This document shows, piece by piece, positions 54,198 to 64,000 of a stretch of DNA of 64,000 nucleotides; position 1 is the first letter of the stretch; the number at the start of each line of letters is the position of its first letter. The position numbers were made by a program, and so were the translations under genes. This DNA is from Chrysomallon squamiferum (lineage: Eukaryota > Animalia > Mollusca): assembly GCA_012295275.1 (NCBI GenBank), contig CM022665.1, positions 16,740,001 to 16,804,000 on the forward strand, given 5' to 3'. The notes below the pieces were generated by a model that had not been told where the DNA came from, did no database searches, and saw nothing but the letters and a program-made list of their open reading frames with translations.

Positions 54198-54618
54198 GTC
54201 TCGTATTTGTGTACTCCCCCACAGAATACGGAAGTAAAATGAGTAACACCGATATTTTATGTTTTGATCCACTTATCTGTCTACCAGTCATTGAAAAAAT
54301 TACATAATTTTGTGAACAAAAAATCGGTAAAAACATGTTTAAATACATATATATATATATATATATCAATTGTTAATATATTGCTTTCAATTGTCTGGCA
54401 GGAATTTTGTAAGAACTTCAAATATTTTTTTTTTTTAAAAGGAAAAAAAGAAATGTGTTTCTATGGATGAAAACAATGCTTGATCCAAAGATTTGGAAAT
54501 TACGATAAAGAAAATCTATTTCCGCCACGTGTAAAACTGTGTAGTAAATATTGCCGATGGACGCTGTTGACGTGTTGTTTACAGCGACTGATAGGATTTA
54601 AAAAACATATTTTACCAG
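54198..54618. promoter_or_regulatory. Putative bidirectional promoter between GMF (-) and TARBP1 (+), with a probable non-coding TARBP1 exon 1 ending at 54618
   Basis: CpG-enriched. ETS-like CGGAAGT at 54229-54235, E-box CACGTG at ~54526, CRE-like TGACGT at ~54568. Donor CAG|GTTAGT at 54618/19 and acceptor TTTTCAG at 55045, upstream of the TARBP1 ATG. Confidence 0.6.
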
Positions 54619-55075
54619 GTTAGTAAAATCACCAGAAGAAAAATATGTATTAATAGCATTAATGTGAAAATGTAAATAACACACAATGTATTAAATTACA
54701 GTGAGTGATTGATGGTCCCTGATCAAAAATAATAACAAACACTGAAACAGTTTTGAGTTTATTAACATAAAAATGATTACGTTATTAACTTGATTAAGAG
54801 GCGACATGATATTGTTAACAATGTAATGTTAAGTGTTTAACTGAATTTGACCGATTAAGTGATGGATTAGCATACCAGATAGAATATTTATTTTATGTCT
54901 GGGTAAATATAATCGATAGTTATAATATTAAATATGCTATTTTTATAATTTTTATTTATTTATTTATTATTAGTAGTATTAGTATTAGTATTAGTATTTA
55001 ATTTCATTTTCAGTTGATTTTATGCATTTATCTTATATTTTTCAGGTCTTTGATATTTTTATTAAATATAAAACA

Positions 55076-56617
55076 ATGGGTGACATAATACAAGTGATGT
55101 GCAAAATATCTTCATTCGACCCATTGTTAATTATTAAACACCTGACAAGTGAGATTGTTAATGAAACAGTATCACCTAGCAATGACTTAATAAAGAAAAA
55201 GGTTGAGAAAGTCTGTATCCTAAGCAATGTTTTGAAAAGTTTACATTCAGCCAGCAATAAAAATTTCAAAGAAAACAGTATTTCTACAGACATACAAAAT
55301 ATATTATCAGACATTTGTTTTCCACTGTTGCTGCATCTGCAGCCTTCATATGACAGAGGAGATGAGACATTAACATCTGTGGCTGTCATTTGTGAACTGA
55401 TATCAAACAGTTTGCAGAATGACAACAGTGACCTCATAATTTTTGTATTTAATCAGTGTGACCATTTCCTAGATGTATGGTTGTCAGAGCGACCAAGTAT
55501 TTTGGATCACCATCATCCAAAAGATGAGTGTATGGATATTATTTGCATTGTAGAGATTTTAAAAACTGTTTTTTCTGTTACAAAATGTCAGCTGGAAATG
55601 TGGAACACGTCTAAGAAAAATATTCTTCTGGACAGTTTATTTTTCAAACTGTTGAATGTGTTGTCTCAAGTGCCACATCATGTCATTTCCCGTATCATGT
55701 TTGGTGTCTTTTCCCCTTTACTGGGGCAAGATCCCAATGAAGCTGTTTCTAGAATGGGAAAATTATGGGCAACCATCCAGCAGTTAGTTGGACCAGAAAT
55801 AAACAGAGCAGTCTTTCTTGAACAGACACTTCTTATTCTGTGCAGCCTTGCAGATTTTTTCTTCCCTGTTACTGGAGTTCCAGTAGGTGATGATCTCAGA
55901 CATTCCAGTGTTTTCTGGAAGATTCTCCAGGAAGCCATGATTCATATTAATCCACTTACAAGAAAAAGGGCAATGTATTTACTGAAGAGAATTGTAGATA
56001 TCTGTGACAAACAGGCTTTAGAAGTTTGTTATGAGCAGTGCCCAGAGTTTTGTTGGAAGACAACCTGTCAAAAAGAACTGTCCAAAACGTGGGAAGATTT
56101 TGTCTTGGTTATGGAAACATTGGAAGAAAAACAAGTGAGAATTTAATTTAAATCTAATAAATAATAACAATACAAATTTTACATTTCTCAACATTTGTTT
56201 TATTTTGACATTTTTAGAGTGCCATAATTTATATATCAGTGGCTATTAGATAAAAAGCTTTTAAATTTTTTGTTGTTGATTGATAATTCAGAAAAAAAAC
56301 AAAAACAACACCAAATCCATTATATATTTTTTTACAGTAGCAACAAAAGGTTTGAAATACACACTTCCCTAGAAACAAAACAGAACATACTAAAGTTTTT
56401 TTTAAATATATATTTGGAGTATCAGTTGGGATGTGCAATGGCCTAATTAACTGTCGGTGAAAATTAAACATATATTTAACTGTAATGTTATTATCATTGT
56501 TGTTTTCATATTTTTCATTTTTTTTTTTTATATAAATTTAAAGATTAAGCATATACTTTTAAGTATAATAATATTATTGTTGCTTTCATATATATATATA
56601 TATATAAATGAAAAATG

Positions 56618-56648
<31 letters not shown>

Positions 56649-59600
56649 TTTTATAGAGGTATATAAATTATAATGTTTAAAATTATGGTGCAAGAAGATT
56701 ATTTATTTATTTTTAGGTTCATGTGATCAAGCCTCTTTTAGGAAGAGTGCATTTCTTGCTAAATGCAACATACTTGCAGAACAATGGTAAAGATATAACA
56801 AGAATTCTGAATAATCCAATAAATTAAAATTTTGAATATGTATACAGTTCTAATATGATATAATACTTTTTGTTCTCTTTCATCCATAATTTTTCTTAAG
56901 TTGAGGTCATTTCAAATACTTTATTTATGATGATATATCATTGTTTGTATGAGTCAAAGACCAACTTTCAATATTAAACTTGAAAATGATATTGCTTTTG
57001 TAAAATATTCTGCAAATATTTTGCCAAACACTTATACACATGGTTATTTAATATACAGAAATTTGAAATGAAAGTAAATATTTATTTAAAAAATGTATCA
57101 ATGTATCAATGAATGAATTTATATTTATGTTAAAAGTAAAGTGCTCTCTACACACATCATGGCTGGTGACAATCTTCCGCCGTTGCCTGATGCATGAAAG
57201 TGTTTTTGTTGTCAAATGGGCTGTTGACTTGGTTCTCAATTTGAACTATGACATAATTCCTCTGTTGAATCAGGGGCAGAGTGAGGTAAGTATTAATTAT
57301 TTGATTCATTCAATTTTGTAGCAGAAGAAGAGGAAACTGATTTAAAATTTTCTCAGGAAAATGGTTGTAATATTATGTAGAGTAAAGAATACTGAGAATT
57401 ACATGACCATATAAAATGTTTTTTTACTTTTGTTTAAAAAATTAACATTTTTGTAATTTTAGAAATTCATGTAGCCATGTGAATGAATTTTTTATATTTT
57501 ATTTTCCAGTCAAATTAAGAGTGGGAAATATATTTTTTGCTAAGTATTTTTCTGGATTAATATACAAACACTTCAAATGTCAAAGAATATTGATGACACT
57601 TACTGGCAGTAATTCAATCTGAAAAAGTTATAATGATTGTAAAACAGAGAGAAATTCAATATGCATCATTGTTCATATAATTTTATTTTTCCAGTTTTTA
57701 TCAGGATCTTTTCTTTTGTCATTTCAAGAGTTAAAAATATATACACGGTAAGAATTTTTTTTTTTAAGTTATTAGATGTCAAACATGTTTTATTTGTTAT
57801 CACTACTCAGTGTGTTAAGTTGAGATATATTTATATGTGATATTAGTTGTGGGACATCAGCTGGAACAGAAGATATGTTAAGTCAACTGAAGAGGTTTGA
57901 ACCTATGACTCATGATTTCTTAATAGTAACAGTACTAATAGGCTCAATCTTTTTCTGGAATAAAATTAACAGTTAATGGGTTGTCAGTGGAATAATGTTT
58001 TTTTTCTTCTGTTTTGTTGATAGTGGCATAATATATATAATTTTTATTTATTTATTTTTTTTTTTTTTACAGTCCTCAAGGTGTTCCTCTAGGTTCAGCT
58101 CCCTTTGTTGGACCAGGACTCATTAAATTTTTCTCTTCTTGCATTCGAGTTCTTAAAGATCCAGCCAGCCAAAGTATGTTTTTAACCACATTTATTATTA
58201 TTATTATTATTATTGCTGTAGTTTTATTAATACTTTTATTTTTCAAAGTTTTATGCATTATTGTTAATTACGAACTTCACAGCATTAAATGATAAAGAAG
58301 GTGAACTTTTAGCTTGTTCGTCTTTAGAAAATTATATTTAAGACTTCAGACTCTCTTTTAAGAATTTCCTTGTTTTTCATTAAATTATTAGTAGTTAGCT
58401 GTATCTTTTTTAAACCACTATATCAGACCATAACATGTTTTGTATATACATAGCATCTAATAATATGATACTGGTAACTGTTTTAAAAATATATTAATTT
58501 GCTTTGAGTTATGCTACTGTTGTTACTTTTGCTGAAATGTATTTTATCTTGATGCAGTCAACTAAAGATTTTAAAATTTATACATGGCCATATTATAGAC
58601 AATGTATAATAATTATAATGTTATCAATTGGCCCCAAGTGTCTTTTTCCCTTGCCATATATTTTCTCTTTTCTTGTGAACGTTCTTTCACCACAGTCATA
58701 CAGATAACATCTCACACCATTACTGTCCTGGGTTCCTTAAGAAAGACCCAGTGACAGTGTTTACCATATATTTTGTACCAAGTACCTTAAGTATAAACAA
58801 AGAAAAATAAACCTCCGACACCTTAATGGCGTTTATGTATGTTTAGTGGAACCAAAGATTATGCTAGGTGCTTTAAGTTCAGATCTTCACATATATTTAC
58901 GTTTAATGTTTTTAAAAATATGAACTGATTTCTATCAGACAGTTTCCTCAAACAAATCTTCAATACCATATTGTCGACTTCCTGGAGTTCAGTTCCAGTG
59001 ATGTTCTTCACCCAGGGATTGTCTCATATCCCACAGTCCTCTCTGCTTGATAAAGAAGCTGTTTTGTGTATTAAGTGAGTGTGAAATTTAAAGTAATCTG
59101 TTTGTTATCTAGTGATTTGGGTTAGCAATTGGTTTAACAAAGATCACACTAGCTTTATTTAGATATATTTCAGATTCATCTGCATTTCCCAATCTCCTTT
59201 CCTCACTACCTATTCCTGTGTGTCAGTCTCTAGCTCTGTGTCTATCTGGCTCTCCTTCTCTCTCTGACTGTGCCTAGATCTTGCTTATATATTACCTGAT
59301 AATCAAAAAGTACAAAATCAAAAATCCATTACTGCCAAAAGAAAAAATATATCATTGAGTCAAACAAACTTTAACTTTTATTTTATTTATTCTTTTATAG
59401 ACAAATCATTGTGTCTAAACTGACCACAATAGAGCCACACGCTAAAGGAATTGTTCACTGCTTTCTTGTTCAGACACTGATTCATCTAATAGACCAGGTG
59501 ACCATAATTTTGTTTGTTTTTCCCTTTATATGTATATCTGTGTATATATTTATTTTCTTTTTCTTTCTTTTTTCTTCATTTTTTAACATTTCAAATATTT

Positions 59601-62600
59601 GGTAAATATTTTATATGGCTGCTACATGGTTTTGATCTTATGTCAGATGTCAATTTAAGGGATATTTCAAGTCATGTTAATTTTTCACGTGCAGTTGAAT
59701 CATTCTCTGAAACTAGTTAAATTCCAATAAAATTAGTCCTACATAACAAACTGCTGGAATGGTAATAATAATACTAACTTGTTCTGTTTCTCTCTTAACC
59801 GATGGGAAGGTGTCAACTATTCCATAACTGTTTAATTTTTTCAGAAGAGGGTTGTGTCCCTTCATTTTTGTTAATAATAAAATACAAACCTAATCTTTGA
59901 AAATTTTCCACATACTGCAAAAGAACAGAAAATTTAAAACTATAATTATTTTTTTTCAATTTGCTGTTTTTGTTTTCAGAATAATGTTGGTTTAGAAGAT
60001 TTTATGAATGTGATATCTTCTTTTGATGGAGAACTTTCATTGCAAAGAGGCACAACCCAATGGCAGGAAGTGTTGAAATGGATGGAGACATCATCAAGCT
60101 GGTCAAGGCAGTTTGTAGGTCAGACAGTGATGTCACTGGTTCAGGAATACCTCCAGGTGAAAGAAGGCAAGCATGTTCTACAGATTAAAGCATTTATACA
60201 AATTTAAAATGTTTTTAGTAATCAAACACAATTAGTATTACTTGTCCCTATTTACCAAAATAACTTAACCATAAATAATGTTTATGCCTTTTTTATATTG
60301 TTGTCATTATTTATAATTTTGATTACATTTAATAAACAGTTATGAAAAATAAATGAATGAAATCTTCCGCCTTAGATTTTAATGATTATGTTAGATTCTA
60401 ACATATCTTTTTTATATGATTAAAATAACAGAACATCCAGTTTTAGTTACATTGCCATATATACAAGTATGCATACAAAAATACAGGCTGCAGTAATTTA
60501 AGATTTGTAAACTTTTTAAGCTATTTTTGTTTTTCAGAATCGGAGATCAACATGGCTGACAAAATTAAAGTGTCTCAGATTTCACGTCTGCTCTTACTAG
60601 CAGCAGATGCTGGTTTTCTGGAAAACTTTGATGACATCCTTAGTTTCATTACTGTTGTGATTAATTCTGTCAATACACATGTGTACATGCCAAAAGTTAA
60701 AGCAGATAAAGCAATCTACTTGTTGGCAGCTGTCTCAAAGGAACAGGGAAAAGGTTTTTAAATAGATTTAGTGTTCTTTTGACTTAATTACATTGGATAC
60801 TTTTTTGTTAAAAATAATTTCATAGTATTGATTTTATTTCAGACATCAGTTTTCTTTGTTTTTCCCAATCTACATAAATTTTAAATAATTCTTTTTTCAT
60901 ATGTGGTTTTTTTTTTAATTGAAAATGATTTTTTTTAAATTTATTACTTTGACAAATATTACGTCTGTAACTTCATCTTTCTTGAACATCATTAATTTAA
61001 TATATTTAATTTAAATATGGCATTAAAATTGTTTTGGAATCCAGATTCTTTTATTATTATTTTTGTAGATTGAGGCTAAAAGCAGTTCTATTCATAATAT
61101 CTGGTATGAATAGTTTTATATTGATGATTATAATTCAAATACCCAATGAGCATTTTTTCTATCAATTTTTATTTTATTTTTATAACTACTTTAATAATTT
61201 TTACAATTCATTTTTAAAACTCTCAGTGAAACAGACACAAGTGGATTCAAGCATTCAGGCAGCATTTGCATCATGTCAGAAAGAATTGTATGATTACATT
61301 GCATCAAGAGTGAATGGTGATGTTACACAGGTAAAATAAAATGTTTAAATGTATTAGTTTTATCACAGCTCAGCTGATAGTTTACAGTAATACCAGAATT
61401 CTGTATGAAAATATCTTCACTATATAGTAGTAGTAATAATAATAAAAGTGTTTTCATTACAATTACTTTTTCTGATTTGTGTATCATCTGAATAATAATT
61501 AAGAAAAGAAAATTTAATAGATAATAATTATTATTATTAAAATTGTTATTTATTATTATTTTATTTTATTTGTTATTAATGATCATTTTTACTTATTATT
61601 TTTATTATTTATTTTTATTTATTTATTTGTTTGTTTGTTTGTTTGTTTGTTCTTTTATTATTTATTTATTTATTTTTTTTTTTTTTTCAGATGTCAGATC
61701 TTTCATTAGTCAATATGTACACTGACATGCTGGACATTTTTGACAAATATAAAAATTATGACAAAGCTTGGTACTCACAAACACTGCTCCAACTCTGTAC
61801 AAAGTGTATCAAAACTCTTAATGTGGCTGACAGAATGACCAAGGTAATTAGCAGTTTAATTTAAATATATTGTAATTGATCATTATTAAATTTTGTAGTT
61901 ACATAATGGTAAATATATTTATTATTATTGTTTTGATTAAATACTGAGGTTGGAGATTTTTTAATACTACATTCACAAACTGTATTTTATTCAGAGAAAA
62001 AATATTTTCACTGTTATTTCTTTTGAGTTCTTTTTTTTTTAGACTAATAACGTAGTCTGTAACAAGCATTCTCCATTTGATCAAAAATTAATTTCTTTGA
62101 AATTTATAAATAACAGGTTCCAAGATATATCTTATACCGGTATTGATATTAGTATTGGTATTGATATTGTTAGTACAAAGACTGAACCATTTATCCAGCA
62201 AACTTGGACCTGGAGGTGGTGCGAATTTCTGGATACAGTCTAAATTTTTGCTTAAAAGTATAAAATAAACAATGATTAAAAGAAAGAATGAAACTCAATT
62301 TAACAGATACAAATTAATACCTTTTTAAAGTAGGGTGTGTTTGATCTTTATTATTTCACTTAAAATTCTTAAAATACCTGTTTGGAATATTTTTCTCACT
62401 AGTATGTGGTGTTCTGTTCTAATCTTTTAGATATGATAATAAATGAAAATGAGAGTAAATTGAAACGAGTGGTACACCAGAACGCTCTTGCTTGAATTGG
62501 TATCATGGAAAATAAAACAAAGTATGCCTAATTCAAAAGTACAAATAACAGTAAAAGTACTCATAGTTAAAATAGCTTTATTGTTATTCTTATTGTTATT

Positions 62601-63908
62601 GCATTATTATTAACATTCGTAGGTTACTGGTTTGTTATTAGTATTTAAATTTCATTATTACTATTTTTGTTTTTATTAATTATTATTATTATTATGATGA
62701 TGTTATTAATAGATAGTAATATTTGTATCTTTAGAAATCACAGCAACATCAGATGCTTCAGGCTGCACTGGTCAGTGTTCTGTCCACTGTTGGCCAGCTG
62801 ATTGATGACCAGGATGGTACCAATAACTACAGATCAGTCACTTATTGTATAATTGATTATGTCTCTGTGATGAAGCTGGACACTTCTTTCACTAAAGGAT
62901 TTGCCATCGAGTGAGTCTTGATTTATTATTATAAATTTGTTTGTCATTATTTTATAGAATTTTTTTAAATTACTGCTTAGTGTAAAAATCAATTGCTGTC
63001 ACTCATAAATCTTAGCAGTTGTATAAGATTGAGATGTTATTATTTTCTTTGTTTTCTCTGGCATCTATGACATGATGTACTTAAAACATGTAAAACTAAA
63101 TAAACAATTGATAGATTGTAACATGTAGCAATTTTAATATATTTATTCATTGATGAAGAGTGGGTAAATAAAGGTGGATCTGTTAGAATTATTAAATTTG
63201 TTGTGTTTAAGTATGGGGGTCCTTGGTGTATGTTGTCAATGTGTACCATGAAAACATGATGAATAATGAAATGTTGTATAAAGAGGAATTAATGTAAATA
63301 ACATAGGCACATTTGCGAAAAAAACCAATTTTAACCACTTAATTTCAATCGATCACTATGCATCTGGAAATAATAATTAATGTGTAATAAATAATTTGCT
63401 GTATACTATAAAAACTAAAACTAAATATCCATTAAAAAAAAATAATAATAAAAATAAAAAAAAGTTAATATCACTGCTCAGTCTGATTTTCATCCATCCA
63501 AAACAGTGAAACTGTGAAACAAAATGTTTGTTGCTGATATATGTGTGAAATAATGTAGACAGGGGAAACTTATAGTGAGGACACTTTGTATGTATAAACT
63601 AGATTTCTTCTTCATTTTTTATTTCTCTTTTCATCTGATAGTTCATCTTTTTCTTTTCTTTTCCTTTTATTTTTTCTTGTTCTTATTTTTTTTCTTTCAG
63701 TGATGGAACTGGTAATGGAAAAAAAAACTGGGGTAAAGTTGTTTCTCTCTTTATGACCTCCCAGTGGCAACTTCTCCATTTTTGGCTCAAGCGTCACCCA
63801 GAGATTAAAGCAGAATCTCTCTTTTATAAATGTCTCGATGCTTTTGACACTGGTTCCTGGGAGTCTGACCTACCTGTCATTGATTGTCTTGCATGCTTGT
63901 TACCACAG
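55076..63908 (+). CDS. TARBP1: TAR RNA-binding protein 1 / tRNA (guanosine-18-2'-O)-methyltransferase TRM3 ortholog; 5' part only, continues beyond the window
   Basis: Phase-consistent exons 55076-56134 (PLTRKRAMYLLKR; WEDFVLVMETLEEKQ), ~56717-56786 (VHVIKPLL), ~57137-57285 (LHTSWL..RRCLMHES), ~57694-57747, ~58073-58173, ~58939-59075, ~59401-59497, 59980-60166, 60538-60753, ~61227-61330, 61691-61843, ~62735-62910, 63701-63908 (WGKVVSLFMTSQW). Matches recalled TARBP1 motifs LTRKRARYLL, METLEGNQIHVIKP, FHPSW, WGKIV..QW. The C-terminal SpoU domain is not within the window. Confidence 0.88.
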
Positions 63909-64000
63909 GTAGGTTTGAGATACTGAATCACAGAATACATATTTGTTTTACTTCAGATTTTTGATATGCATCAGCACAATGTAATATTACTTACTATTAT

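Noticed and set aside
57840-57925. B-box-like GGTTCAAACC on the minus strand (also GGGTTCTGATCC at ~30647)
   Set aside because: No cloverleaf or A-box; at most degenerate SINE fragments, too weak to call a tRNA or SINE.
1-64000. CRISPR arrays, prophage, operons, rRNA/tRNA genes
   Set aside because: Spliceosomal eukaryotic DNA; no regular repeat-spacer array and no recognisable structural RNA gene.

Overview
Very AT-rich, intron-containing animal genomic DNA, probably an invertebrate. A lophotrochozoan or mollusc is my guess from composition, microsatellite content and conserved intron positions; the sequence does not prove it. Reading splice sites by hand gives five protein-coding genes: CEP128 (minus, >=25 exons, 3' end unresolved), FANCM (minus, complete), intronless MAP10/KIAA1383 (plus), glia maturation factor GMF (minus, 6 coding exons, 142 aa, absent from the ORF track) and the 5' part of TARBP1/TRM3 (plus, runs off the window). 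FANCM/MAP10 and GMF/TARBP1 are head-to-head pairs sharing short CpG-enriched intergenic regions. Repeats include a dead full-length Tc1 transposon with TIRs and TA flanks, a ~290 bp MITE, a 333 bp tandem duplication and an intronic ~115 bp inverted repeat. Main observations: four apparent frameshifts in A-runs of otherwise intact genes (most likely consensus errors); a PIP + tandem SIM-UIM-like FANCM N-terminus; two GC-AG introns; a duplicated splice acceptor that would create a poison isoform of CEP128; CGA>TGA decay of the transposase; a GMF exon lacking an intron present in vertebrates; and co-linkage of genes whose human orthologs lie on 14q and 1q42. I found no clearly novel multi-gene system. 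Homology calls rest on recalled protein motifs, not database searches.
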